This document shows, in pieces, positions 28,964 to 38,716 of a stretch of 64,000 nt of DNA. Source of the stretch: an uncultured Pseudomonadota bacterium (GTDB lineage: Bacteria > Pseudomonadota > Alphaproteobacteria > RF32 > CAG-239); the NCBI GenBank assembly GCA_949300375.1, contig CASGEB010000003.1:263-64262 (forward strand), given 5' to 3'. Numbering within the stretch: the first letter of the stretch is position 1; the number at the start of each line of letters is the position of its first letter. The notes under the pieces were generated by a model. The model was not told where the DNA came from. It made no database searches and worked only from the letters and a program-made list of their open reading frames with translations. A program made the translations under genes and the position numbers.

Positions 28964-28980
28964 TTCCCCTCTTTTGACTT

Positions 28981-29334
28981 TTATTTATTTACCGTCTTGA
29001 CAATTTCCGTCATCGTAATCCCCAATTTGTCATCCACCACAACCACTTCTCCGCGGGCAACTAGATTGTTGTTGACATAGATGTCAATTGCTTCACCGAC
29101 TTTGCGATCCAGTTCAATAATCGTTCCTTTGTTCAGCTTCATCAACTGGCTGACTTTCATCTGGGCTTTTCCCAAAATGGCAGACACTTTTACCGGAATT
29201 TCATAAACCGCTTCCAAATCGCTGGTAGAGCTCGGAATATCAAAATCTGTCTCACTGCTGCCGGCTTTCAAAATCGGGTCGTCGCCGATGATTGAACTCT
29301 CGTTTAACTCGTCTAATTTCAAATCTTCGCTCAT
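28981..29334 (-). CDS. fliN: Flagellar motor switch FliN
   Basis: VYEIPVKVSAILG, GTIIELDRKVGEAIDIYVNNNLVARGEVVVV. Confidence 0.93.
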   Translation of the reverse strand: MSEDLKLDELNESSIIGDDPILKAGSSETDFDIPSSTSDLEAVYEIPVKVSAILGKAQMKVSQLMKLNKGTIIELDRKVGEAIDIYVNNNLVARGEVVVVDDKLGITMTEIVKTVNK

Positions 29335-29379
29335 TTAAGCCCTTTCTTTTATATAAGCCGTTTTTTCCTAAATTTAAGC

Positions 29380-30102
29380 TTAGTTTTTAGCGGCATTTTC
29401 TTCAAGTAAATTGTCAACTTTTTCCAATAGTTTGTTGCTCAAATGCTCAACGCCGCCGTTTTCCCATTCTATGCGGCAATCAGCCTTGGACAAACTTTCG
29501 TCTTTATGTAATGCGATTTTTCCTTCAAAATCGTGGAGATGCGCCAATTTGGCAATCTGCTCCTGCACCTGGCCGATAACTTCCGGGTTCAGATAAAAAG
29601 ACAGTTTGGCCTCTCCGCTGAAATTGGCAAAATTGTCGGCAATAAACTTGTTGACAATCTCTACGCACTGTTCTTCCAGCAAATTGGGCATAAGTTTTTT
29701 GAACACGGCCCGGTTCAACGTCAGATATTGCTCTTCAACCTGTTTTTGAACTTCTGCGGCATTGACAACAAGATTCATCAACTTGGCATCTATATTGCCC
29801 AACAAATCGGCAATCTGCCGTTCCGAACTTTCCTGCGCCGAGGCCTGTCCCATGGCATAGCCCTTTTGTTCCGCTGAAGAAACCGCGGCATCCAGTTCGT
29901 CCTGCGTATAGGTTTGCACCGGAGGTTCAACCAGTTCGGGGGCAGCATCGGGTTCTTCCGCCGACGGCTCCAAAATATCTTCTCCGGAACCGTCTTCCGG
30001 TGTTTTTTCCTCTTCTTCCGGCTCCGGCTCTGTTTTTTTGATAATTTCGTTCTCGTCAACGATTATGAAATTATCAAACATAAATTTCTTAAAATCCCCC
30101 AT
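29380..30102 (-). CDS. fliH: Flagellar assembly protein FliH
   Basis: KFMFD N-terminus, AEQKGYAMG, DCRIEWENGG; position between fliG and fliN. Confidence 0.8.
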   Translation of the reverse strand: MGDFKKFMFDNFIIVDENEIIKKTEPEPEEEEKTPEDGSGEDILEPSAEEPDAAPELVEPPVQTYTQDELDAAVSSAEQKGYAMGQASAQESSERQIADLLGNIDAKLMNLVVNAAEVQKQVEEQYLTLNRAVFKKLMPNLLEEQCVEIVNKFIADNFANFSGEAKLSFYLNPEVIGQVQEQIAKLAHLHDFEGKIALHKDESLSKADCRIEWENGGVEHLSNKLLEKVDNLLEENAAKN

Positions 30103-30117
30103 CAGCAAAACCTAAAA

Positions 30118-31140
30118 CTAATAAATAAGCTCGTCATTGTCTTTGCCTTCACTGATGACGATTTCGCCATTGTTAGACAGCTCTTTGGTCGTGGCGACAA
30201 CATATTGCTGGGCTTCTTCCACATCACGCAGACGAACAGGCCCCATAGCCTCCATATCTTCTTTGATGATTTTGCCGGCACGCGAAGACATATTGTTAAA
30301 GAACAGCTCTTTGATTTGCTCGGACGCACCTTTCAAAGCAATCGCCAGTTTGTCTTTATCAATATTGCGCAGTAAAATCTGAATCCCCTGGGCGTCGACG
30401 CGGATAAGGTCTTCAAACGTAAACATCAAAGACTTGACGCGTTCCGCGCTCTCGCGGTTGCGCTCTTCCAAAGCCTCCATAAAGCGGCTTTCGGTGTTGC
30501 GGTCCAAAGAGTTGAAAATATCAGCAATAAGCTCATGCGAATCGCGGCGGGTAGATTTGGAAAGGTTGCTCATAAACTCTTTGCGCAATGTTTTTTCCAA
30601 CCCGTCCAAAACTTCTTTTTGCACCGAATCCATCCGCAGCATACGCATAACGATTTCCATGGCAAAATTTTCCGGCAGCAGCGCAATTACTTTTGCCGCG
30701 TGTTCCGCCTTGATTTTTGACAAGATGACGGCAATCGTCTGCGGGTATTCGTTCTTTAAGTAGTTCGCCAAAACGTGTTCGTTGACATTGCCGAGCTTAT
30801 CCCACATTGTGCGTCCGGCCGGACCGCGGATTTCTTCCATAATTACAGACACGCGGTCTTTATCCAAAGCCTTGGACAACAGCCTTTCCGTACTTTCATA
30901 AGTTCCGATCAAGGTTCCTGTGTTCGACAGCTTGTCGGTGAACTCCTGAAAAAGCTGCTCTACCACCGTTGAATTGACTTTGCCCAACGAAGCCATAATG
31001 ACGGAAAGTTCTTTGATTTCTTCATCGTCCATCAACGAAAACAACGAAGCCGAGCGTTCTTCATCCAAAGAAAGCATCAATATCGCCGCTTTCTGCTGAC
31101 CGGAAATCAGATTATAATCGTCTATTACATTTTGTTTCAT
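30118..31140 (-). CDS. fliG: Flagellar motor switch FliG
   Basis: GQQKAAILM, NEYPQTIAVILS, MFTFEDL, MGPVRLRDVEEAQ. Confidence 0.96.
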   Translation of the reverse strand: MKQNVIDDYNLISGQQKAAILMLSLDEERSASLFSLMDDEEIKELSVIMASLGKVNSTVVEQLFQEFTDKLSNTGTLIGTYESTERLLSKALDKDRVSVIMEEIRGPAGRTMWDKLGNVNEHVLANYLKNEYPQTIAVILSKIKAEHAAKVIALLPENFAMEIVMRMLRMDSVQKEVLDGLEKTLRKEFMSNLSKSTRRDSHELIADIFNSLDRNTESRFMEALEERNRESAERVKSLMFTFEDLIRVDAQGIQILLRNIDKDKLAIALKGASEQIKELFFNNMSSRAGKIIKEDMEAMGPVRLRDVEEAQQYVVATTKELSNNGEIVISEGKDNDELIY

Positions 31141-31157
31141 TGCGTTCTTCCCGTCTT

Positions 31158-32777
31158 TTAGTTCTCATTCTGATACAACCAGCCTCTGACGACATTGACG
31201 GCAGCATCCGGATTTTTATCGACAAGTTCGTTAATCCGCTTGATTGAGGCCGCCTTAACCCGGCCGTCAACCTTGTTCATCGTTACCAGTTCGTCAAGAT
31301 CAGAATCTTCATTGTTCAGGAAATTAGACAACAGCAGATTTTCCTCTTCGTTTTCACCCAAAAGCCGCTGTGTTGTATTGTTGGTGTCGAAAGCGTTGTT
31401 TATCAGCGGCCTGATAACCAGTAAGATAACCAGCACCGCTACAATTGCAACCCCTAAGCCTTCGGCAATGCGCATCAGTTCTTCTTTGGTAAAGCCCATA
31501 ATCAGGATTTCTTCTTCACCGGCAACTTCCGGCGCTACTTCAACAAACTTCAGATTTTCGACCTCGACAATATCGCCGCGGTTGGCATCATAGCCGACTG
31601 CCGATTTGACCAAAGCGCTCAGCTGCTCCATTTCTTCCGCCGTACGGTCGCGATAGACTGTTTTGCCGTCGGCATCTTTTTCATAAACGCCGTCAACCAT
31701 AACCGCAACGCTTAAGCGTTTGACCACGCCGGCATTTCTGACCTTGTTGCGGACAACTTTTGATATTTCATAATTGATTGTTTCTTCCACCCGGGAATTC
31801 TGGCTCAAGTTGTTGGCGTTATCGACCACATTGTCGCCGTTGGGGATATTTTGAGCAACGGTTACCGGCGCTTCTCCCTCACGCGACAGCCCTTCTTCCG
31901 TTACCGAACTTTGCGAGCGGACAACCTGGCTGTCCGGATCATAAACTTCTTCGTTGGTAACAACTTTGTCCATATCCATTTCAATATTGACCTGCGCGCG
32001 TACTTTGCCGGGACCGACTGTTTTTTCCAGCAAATTCTGTACGGACATTGCCAATTTGCGTTCCTGCTCCATACGCATCATTTCAATATTGGCATGCTGC
32101 AGCGTTTCTTCATCATCATAATTGTTGGTCAGCAGATTGCCGGCACTATCCACAATCGCCACATTTTTAACATCGAGTTTCGGCACAGCCGCAGCAACCA
32201 GTTTTTGAATCGACTGGATATTTTTCAAATCCAACGGTCCGTGTACCGTTTTGATGACGACAGAGGCAGACGGCGCCTGCTCCTCGCGCGAGAACATTTC
32301 CCTTTTAGGCAAAACGAGATGCACTCTGGCGCTTTTGATATTATCAACCGAACGAATCGTTCTGGCCAGTTCGCCCTCCAAAGCGCGAATCAGATTAACA
32401 TTCTGCACAAAATTGGTGGAACCGAGCGCGTCGGTATTGTCAAATATTTCATAACCGACATTCGAGCCTTTTGACGCCATTGCCAGTTCTGCCGTATCAA
32501 CGCGCATTTTGTTTACCAAATCTTTCGGCACCTGAACTTCCGTGCCGTTTTTGGTCAGCTTATATTTGACATTGGCCGCCTCCAGCCGGGTAACAATCTG
32601 TTTGGCATCCTCAAGTTCCAAATCCGTATACAAAACGGCATATTCCGTTGCGCTTACCTGCGTGGCAATGTAGGCAAAAAAACTAATCAAAAAGATAATA
32701 ATCGCAGAAATTGACACCAAACGTCCCGGCGACAAATTCTTTATGCTTTGCAAAAAATTATTCACCAGATTCCCCAA
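31158..32777 (-). CDS. fliF: Flagellar MS-ring protein FliF
   Basis: GYEIFD, RALEGELARTI, ARVHLVLP, RLSVAVMVDG, SAVGYDANRGD; two TMs. Confidence 0.95.
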   Translation of the reverse strand: MGNLVNNFLQSIKNLSPGRLVSISAIIIFLISFFAYIATQVSATEYAVLYTDLELEDAKQIVTRLEAANVKYKLTKNGTEVQVPKDLVNKMRVDTAELAMASKGSNVGYEIFDNTDALGSTNFVQNVNLIRALEGELARTIRSVDNIKSARVHLVLPKREMFSREEQAPSASVVIKTVHGPLDLKNIQSIQKLVAAAVPKLDVKNVAIVDSAGNLLTNNYDDEETLQHANIEMMRMEQERKLAMSVQNLLEKTVGPGKVRAQVNIEMDMDKVVTNEEVYDPDSQVVRSQSSVTEEGLSREGEAPVTVAQNIPNGDNVVDNANNLSQNSRVEETINYEISKVVRNKVRNAGVVKRLSVAVMVDGVYEKDADGKTVYRDRTAEEMEQLSALVKSAVGYDANRGDIVEVENLKFVEVAPEVAGEEEILIMGFTKEELMRIAEGLGVAIVAVLVILLVIRPLINNAFDTNNTTQRLLGENEEENLLLSNFLNNEDSDLDELVTMNKVDGRVKAASIKRINELVDKNPDAAVNVVRGWLYQNEN

Positions 32778-32860
32778 TCTACTAAATTATGAATAAATAT
32801 ATTCCCCTGCGTTTATAATTAATCCAATTTTATCTTTTTGAAATTATTATTTTAACCTAT

Positions 32861-32975
32861 CCACAGGCGGCAGCCCGGGCAGCCGGCTGCCAACATTGTA
32901 TGCCACAAGCCGCAGGGATTAGTTTATGCGGCACCTTGAAACACGCCGTATCCCGGCATAATTTGCGAATGACAT
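32861..32975 (+). repeat. Diverged modular cassette repeat, locus D
   Basis: 32861-32897 aligns to 60377-60413 at 28/37, all 9 differences transitions; AGTTTATGCGGCACC (32921) resembles 128-142. Confidence 0.6.
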
Positions 32976-33050
32976 AAAAATACCGCCATTCTTGCGCCGG
33001 GTTCAAGAATCTATTTTAATAAACCAACTGCTGCAATAATTCCGGAATTT

Positions 33051-33752
33051 TCAGGCTTCATCGGCGTCGAGCGATTTGTCGATTGAATAACCGGTTGCCC
33101 TGACGGTACGAATATAATCAGGGCCGAAATCATTTAAAGATTTGCGCAAACGGCGGATATGCACGTCTACCGTCCGGGATTCCACATAAATATTATCGCC
33201 CCAGACAGTTTTGAGCAGGTATTCTCTGGAAAAGACTTTGCCAGGCACCTCCATCAGCGTTTTAAGCAGGCGAAATTCTGTCGGGCCGAGATGAATGTAA
33301 TTCTCTCCGCGGAAAACTTTTTTCTCGCTCAAATCCATCCGGATATCTTCATACACAAGTTCTTTTTCCTGATGCGGTTCCGGCGCCCGGCGCAGGTTGG
33401 TTTTGACTCGCGCCATCAGTTCCGGAATGGAAAAAGGTTTGGTAACATAATCATCCGCGCCGGCAGAAAGCCCTTTGATTTTGTCTTCTTCTTCGCCTTT
33501 GGCGGTGAGCATTATTATCGGAATGTTTTTGATTTCAGGATTGCTGCGAATCAGTTTGCAGATTTCCACGCCGGAAATTTCCGGCAGCATCCAATCCAAC
33601 AGAATCAGAGAAGGACGGACTTTTTCTACCGCTGCCAGCGCTTTATTGCCGCGGGCTTCATGCACGACATCATAGCCTTCTTTCTGCAGGTTATATTTCA
33701 GCATCAAAGCTAAAGATTCTTCATCTTCTATCAGCATTACGGTATATTTCAT
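33051..33752 (-). CDS. phoB: Phosphate regulon response regulator PhoB
   Basis: LLDWMLP, LGPTEFRLL, VWGDNIYVESRTVDVHIRRLRK. Confidence 0.88.
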   Translation of the reverse strand: MKYTVMLIEDEESLALMLKYNLQKEGYDVVHEARGNKALAAVEKVRPSLILLDWMLPEISGVEICKLIRSNPEIKNIPIIMLTAKGEEEDKIKGLSAGADDYVTKPFSIPELMARVKTNLRRAPEPHQEKELVYEDIRMDLSEKKVFRGENYIHLGPTEFRLLKTLMEVPGKVFSREYLLKTVWGDNIYVESRTVDVHIRRLRKSLNDFGPDYIRTVRATGYSIDKSLDADEA

Positions 33753-33796
33753 TACGTTTCTCCTTCCCGGTCTTGCCGGAAAGTTTAAGCCAATCG

Positions 33797-33813
33797 GGTT
33801 AAAATTACCTTAA
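33797..33813 (-). promoter_or_regulatory. CtrA-type box TTAA-N7-TTAAC
   Basis: Minus strand TTAAGGTAATTTTAACC, about 47 nt upstream of phoB; 15/17 identical to the site at 53678-53694. Confidence 0.55.
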
Positions 33814-34440
33814 AGCCTCAATATTACGGGCATATTCGCCACCGGCAAAAACAGAGGTTCCTGCCACCAGAATATCGGCTCCGGCACTGATGCAGCGGGC
33901 TGCCGTCAACGGGTTTATGCCGCCGTCGACTTCGATTTCTATTTCCCGGCTGCCGCGCATTTCCTTTATCCGGGAGATTTTTTGCAGGCTGTTTTCAATA
34001 AATTTCTGCCCGCCGAAACCGGGATTGACCGACATTACCAGCACCAAGTCCAGCTTATCGAGTACATATTCCAGAACATCTTCCGGAGTGGCCGGATTGA
34101 GCGAAACGCCGGCTTTTACCCCGTAGGAGCGGATTGTCGACAATGTCTTGTCCAGATGGCGGCAGGCCTCAGCATGAACCGTAATGATATCAGCTCCGGC
34201 AGCAATAAACCACGGTATCATCTCGTCAGGGTTATTCACCATCAAATGAACATCAAAGCAAAGCTTGCTTTTGAGGCGCAGCGCTTTGACAATTTCAGGG
34301 CCGAAAGTCAGGTTCGGCACAAAGCTGCCATCCATAACGTCAAGGTGGATCATATCGGCACCGGCTTTTTCCAATGCCGCAACTTCTTCGCCCAGACGGC
34401 TGAAATCGGCTGACAAGATACTGGGGGCAATCTTAACCAT
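33805..34440 (-). CDS. rpe: Ribulose-phosphate 3-epimerase
   Basis: [38 protein letters not shown]. Confidence 0.97.
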   Translation of the reverse strand: MVKIAPSILSADFSRLGEEVAALEKAGADMIHLDVMDGSFVPNLTFGPEIVKALRLKSKLCFDVHLMVNNPDEMIPWFIAAGADIITVHAEACRHLDKTLSTIRSYGVKAGVSLNPATPEDVLEYVLDKLDLVLVMSVNPGFGGQKFIENSLQKISRIKEMRGSREIEIEVDGGINPLTAARCISAGADILVAGTSVFAGGEYARNIEALR

Positions 34441-34591
34441 CTTTCTTCTCCTTGAAATGTTTATCTGATAATACCTTATCGATGGCAAAAAATCCAGAAA
34501 AAAGATTTTTGAACAAGCCTTGTATTCCGTTTTTCAGAAGTTATATCAAACACTGAAAACAGATTTTAACATTATTTTTGGAGAAATGAAA

Positions 34592-35101
34592 ATGGGTGAA
34601 ATGGCTCAACAAATCAGCAATGTCGACCGCAAGGAGCTGGTTCATATGTTAAACACGGCCTTTGCCGAAGAATGGCTGGCTTATTATCAATACTGGATAG
34701 GCGCACAGGTAGCCGTCGGCCCGATGCGCAAAGATATTGCCGCCGAATTTGTGGAACATGCCAACGAAGAGCTTGACCATGCCCAGAAACTGGCAACCCG
34801 TATTATTGAACTGGGCGGCACGCCTCTTCTTGATCCGGATGACTGGAAAAAAACGGCACAATGCAAATATGACGCCCCTTCCGACGATTATGTGGAAAAA
34901 CTGTTGCAGCAGAATCTGGCGGCAGAGCGGTGCGCCATTGCCCGATACCAGAAAATTTGCGAGATGACAGTCGGTAAAGATTTTGCCACTTTTCATATGT
35001 CCCGCCATATTCTGGACGAAGAAATCGAACATGAGCAGGAAATCGGCGACTATATAGCCGATATTGAAGCAGGCAAAGAGCATATGACTATGCAGAAATA
35101 A
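34592..35101 (+). CDS. Ferritin-like (DpsL/bacterioferritin-like) protein
   Basis: AEEWLAYYQYW, EELDHA, AERCAI, EEIEHE di-iron ligand pattern. Confidence 0.85.
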   Translation: MGEMAQQISNVDRKELVHMLNTAFAEEWLAYYQYWIGAQVAVGPMRKDIAAEFVEHANEELDHAQKLATRIIELGGTPLLDPDDWKKTAQCKYDAPSDDYVEKLLQQNLAAERCAIARYQKICEMTVGKDFATFHMSRHILDEEIEHEQEIGDYIADIEAGKEHMTMQK

Positions 35102-35184
35102 TTTTCAGACATCTCCTGAACGTAGAAAACCCGTTTGAACCGTTGCGGCTCAAGCGGGTTTTGCTTTAGTTTCTGACAGGCTCA

Positions 35185-35553
35185 TTAATCACAATCGAAA
35201 TAAACCAGCAAAATCCGGCCATTTGGAAACTGCAGCAGAGCCCAATCAGAATCCATTCCCACAATCCGGGCATCGGACGGAAGCTGCATATAATATTGCC
35301 GGGAACTTTTTTGGCTTGTCCAGACAATATTGAGCTTATTTCTACGGGTCAATGTATCCATCTGGCAAATTTTATCACCAATGACAAAAGGATAATAGAC
35401 AACAAAATCCTTTTTCGGCATCCGGGCGATAACATAGCTGTAATTGTTTTGTTTTTGGCAAACGGAACATGAGCCAAGCAATAACGCAATCCCCAAGATA
35501 TGAGAAAAAAATTTAAAATGTGTCATAGTAGTAAATTTAATAATTAATATCAT
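35185..35553 (-). CDS. Hypothetical lipoprotein
   Basis: LLGSC lipobox; start may be MTHF. Confidence 0.6.
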   Translation of the reverse strand: MILIIKFTTMTHFKFFSHILGIALLLGSCSVCQKQNNYSYVIARMPKKDFVVYYPFVIGDKICQMDTLTRRNKLNIVWTSQKSSRQYYMQLPSDARIVGMDSDWALLQFPNGRILLVYFDCD

Positions 35554-35694
35554 AATAAAAATAAGGATATCTGGTTTAGCAGTATTCGGACAAAAAATCC
35601 AGAGTTAGTTTTAAGCATAAAAAATCCCCGTTTAAACAAGCGTTTAAAACAGGGATAATCGACAAGCTTATTCAAAAAGCGACGAACAGGCGCT

Positions 35695-36099
35695 TTAATG
35701 CGCATCATCATCCAGCTCCGGCTCCTCTATATGGCCGGGAAACATCCGTTTGACCAGTTCGGCGTCTTCCGGAAGCAGAAAGGCAAAACCTATTGTATGT
35801 CCGGTTTCCACGCTGACGACCAAACAATTTTCTTTTTCAAACTGTTCAAAGGCACAGCTTTCATTTACACTAAAAATAAAATCACGCAACTTATTGCTGC
35901 GCCAGAAAATTGTTGTCTGGTTTTGGCGAAGATTGACATTTACCGCTATGATACGTTCATCTTTCTGAAGCTCAAAAAAACGAAAATCAAACTCTTCAGA
36001 CAAATTATTCAAATGAATCACCTGTCTTGAATTGCCATTCGAACAACCGGACAATCCAATACTTACCACCGCTAATAAATAAAAAATAATTTTTTTCAT
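35695..36099 (-). CDS. Hypothetical lipoprotein
   Basis: MKKIIFYLLAVVSIGLSGC lipobox. Confidence 0.7.
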   Translation of the reverse strand: MKKIIFYLLAVVSIGLSGCSNGNSRQVIHLNNLSEEFDFRFFELQKDERIIAVNVNLRQNQTTIFWRSNKLRDFIFSVNESCAFEQFEKENCLVVSVETGHTIGFAFLLPEDAELVKRMFPGHIEEPELDDDAH

Positions 36100-36158
36100 A
36101 CCATAAAAATTTTAAATTGGCGTTTACATTATCTTATTTTTGACTATTTGTCCAGAAC

Positions 36159-36197
36159 AAAAAAAAGATTTGAGTCTTAGGCTCAAATCTTTTTTAT
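36159..36197. terminator. Intrinsic terminator
   Basis: AAAAAAAGATTTGAG-TCTTAGG-CTCAAATCTTTTTT. Confidence 0.75.
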
Positions 36198-36205
36198 CTG
36201 TAAGA

Positions 36206-36772
36206 TTATCGCGCGTACCATTCATACGCCACCTTTGTCAGTTCGGCAAGATAGCCGTAACCGGCGTTTTCCATCAGGTCGGCGTAGTTTTCACGCAACA
36301 GTTTCTGTCGAAATTCGGCATTTGCGATTTTTTCAGGAAATTCAGCTTTAAGACTTTTATATTTTTCCAATAAAGCTTTAACGCTGCTTTCAACGGCTGC
36401 CAGTTCCCGGGCATTATAAACTTTACGGTCTATAACGACTGCCGTCAAAAGATCACCGTTTTCAAAAATTCCCCAGTCGCAGTCTAAGGCGACAACTTTT
36501 GTTCCTTTCTGATAAGAAACAATATAAGGCTTATTGGGTTCATTAGTTTCCCATACTGTCATTTTTTCCAGAGGAACTATCCGGCAGATAAATTCTTCTG
36601 AATTTTGAAAAGAAAAATGAACGACAGTGTCTTGTCTGGTCTCTGCGAGATCATAAAACATCTGTCTAACCAACAAATCTTCCTGATGCCGCTGATTAAT
36701 GACCGCCATTACGGCAACAAAGATTACAACTACGACTGTCAACACGCCGAAATAAAATTTTTTATTTTTCAT
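36206..36772 (-). CDS. Hypothetical single-TM exported protein
   Basis: MKNKK followed by a hydrophobic helix; shares a motif with the 35185 ORF. Confidence 0.65.
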   Translation of the reverse strand: MKNKKFYFGVLTVVVVIFVAVMAVINQRHQEDLLVRQMFYDLAETRQDTVVHFSFQNSEEFICRIVPLEKMTVWETNEPNKPYIVSYQKGTKVVALDCDWGIFENGDLLTAVVIDRKVYNARELAAVESSVKALLEKYKSLKAEFPEKIANAEFRQKLLRENYADLMENAGYGYLAELTKVAYEWYAR

Positions 36773-36922
36773 ACAGTTAACGTTTATGTCCTGCCCTGCG
36801 GCAAGACGGATTAATAATATCTTTTTAATATAAAAACAGAAAAAGCATAGCATCTTTTTTCTGTTGTGTCTAGACAAAAAAACGGAGCCCGAAAGCTCCG
36901 CTTTTTTAACTGCAAAAAAGGC

Positions 36923-37972
36923 TTAAATTTCGCCGTCCGCATAACGTTTAGCCATAACAGACAACGGGATTGCCTTGATTTTGTCGGCATGTCCGGCTGC
37001 TCCGAAAGCAACATAGCGGGCTTCGCAGACTTTTTGCATTTCTTCAATCGCCGGCTTCAGGTATTTGCGCGGATCAAATTCTTTCGGATTTTCAATAAAG
37101 AATTTGCGGATTGCGCCGGTAATGGCCATACGGCAGTCTGTATCGACATTGACTTTGCGAACGCCGGATTTGATGCCGCGGACGATTTCTTCAACCGGGA
37201 CGCCGAAAGTTTGCGGGATTGCGCCGCCGTAAGCGTTAATCAGATCCTGCAGTTCCTGCGGAACAGAAGAAGATCCATGCATAACCATATGGGTATTCGG
37301 CAGAACTTTATGGATTTTTTCAATCACGTCAATTGCCAGAATATCGCCGGTCGGCTTGCGGGTAAACTTGTAAGCGCCGTGAGATGTTCCGACGGCAACG
37401 GCCAAAGCATCGACATGGGTTTCTTCAACAAATTTTTTAGCTTCATCCGGATCTGTTACCAGACGTTTTTTATCAATTACGCCTTCTGCGCCGTGGCCGT
37501 CTTCTTTATCGCCTTTGCCGGTTTCAAGAGAACCGATAACGCCAAGCTCGCCTTCTACGGAAGCACCAACGGCATGCGCGCGGGCGACTACCTCTTTGGT
37601 AACGCGGACGTTGTATTCAAAAGAAGAAGGCGTTTTGCCATCTGCCTCCAACGATCCATCCATCATTACGGAAGAATAGCCGTTAACAATGGCAGACTGA
37701 CAGACATTAACAGAAGAACCGTGATCCTGATGGATACAAATCGGAAGCTCCGGAAACATTTCAATCCCGGCGGCAACCATATGCCGAATCATCGGATCGC
37801 CGGCAAATTTACGAGCGCCGGTAGATGTTTGCAAAATTACGGGGGCATTTACCTTTTTAGCCGCCTGCAAAACGGCAATGATTTGTTCCATATCATTAAT
37901 GTTAAAAGCCGGAACACCATAATTGTTTTCGGCCGCATGGTCAAGAATCTGACGCATTGATACTAAAGGCAT
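36923..37972 (-). CDS. fba: Class II fructose-bisphosphate aldolase
   Basis: IHQDHG, SSVMMDGS, VEGELG, AVGTSHGAYK, VMHGSS, KVNVDTD. Confidence 0.96.
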   Translation of the reverse strand: MPLVSMRQILDHAAENNYGVPAFNINDMEQIIAVLQAAKKVNAPVILQTSTGARKFAGDPMIRHMVAAGIEMFPELPICIHQDHGSSVNVCQSAIVNGYSSVMMDGSLEADGKTPSSFEYNVRVTKEVVARAHAVGASVEGELGVIGSLETGKGDKEDGHGAEGVIDKKRLVTDPDEAKKFVEETHVDALAVAVGTSHGAYKFTRKPTGDILAIDVIEKIHKVLPNTHMVMHGSSSVPQELQDLINAYGGAIPQTFGVPVEEIVRGIKSGVRKVNVDTDCRMAITGAIRKFFIENPKEFDPRKYLKPAIEEMQKVCEARYVAFGAAGHADKIKAIPLSVMAKRYADGEI

Positions 37973-38127
37973 ATATTATCTCCTTAATGTTGGTTTATTA
38001 TTGTTACTGCAAATATAGCCAATCAACGCAATAATGCAAGTTTTTTATTGTGGTCAGCCACATAAATCGGACAATAAAAAAACGTTTCGGAGCCTAGAAA
38101 TCCGAAACGTTTAAAAAATTCAGCAAA

Positions 38128-38526
38128 TTACGCAGGCAAAGCGTGCCGCTTGGCCATTTCTTTTTTCTTCCGGCGGTATCGGCTGTCTTCAACCAGTTCT
38201 ACATCGTTGTCATGCTCTACCACATGCCAGACAGTCATGCCATAAGCAGAGTTAAAAGCATGATGCGGCGGGTATTCAGCCGTTACTTTTACATCCTGAA
38301 CATTCGCGTATTTTGCTTCACGCACAGTTTTTCCTTTAAACGCTTTCAGATAGAAGATAACATCTTCCACCCAAGCGTAAAAACACACATAGCCGCTGTC
38401 TTTTTTTACTTCATCAGCGGCTAAATCCAGTCTTCCGATATGAACATCATCCAGACTCAGAATTAAACCGTACTTCCTGTACACCTCGTCAATAAACTGA
38501 GATGCCTTTACAATTGCACTTTCCAT
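38128..38526 (-). CDS. Hypothetical protein
   Basis: 132-aa ORF with its own upstream AT-rich region and downstream hairpin. Confidence 0.6.
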   Translation of the reverse strand: MESAIVKASQFIDEVYRKYGLILSLDDVHIGRLDLAADEVKKDSGYVCFYAWVEDVIFYLKAFKGKTVREAKYANVQDVKVTAEYPPHHAFNSAYGMTVWHVVEHDNDVELVEDSRYRRKKKEMAKRHALPA

Positions 38527-38716
38527 AATAATCTAATTTAAAAAAATTTCTTAATAAGTTAATATGGGGTGAAAATAATATCTCTTTTGTTCTTTGTCAA
38601 ACATATTTGTAAAATTTTGATATTTTTTTGTGATTTTACCGCATAAACAGGAATATATCAGCCATTACAGCAAAAAAAAAACTCCCGTTTGCCGGGAGTT
38701 TTGGGGAACAATAATC

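Noticed and set aside
25474-32777. Non-flagellar injectisome T3SS
   Set aside because: FliG, FlhF, FlhG and FlbD are flagellum-specific; no secretin or SctD/J seen.
36866-37960. 364-aa + strand ORF
   Set aside because: Antisense shadow of fba, which has clear catalytic motifs.
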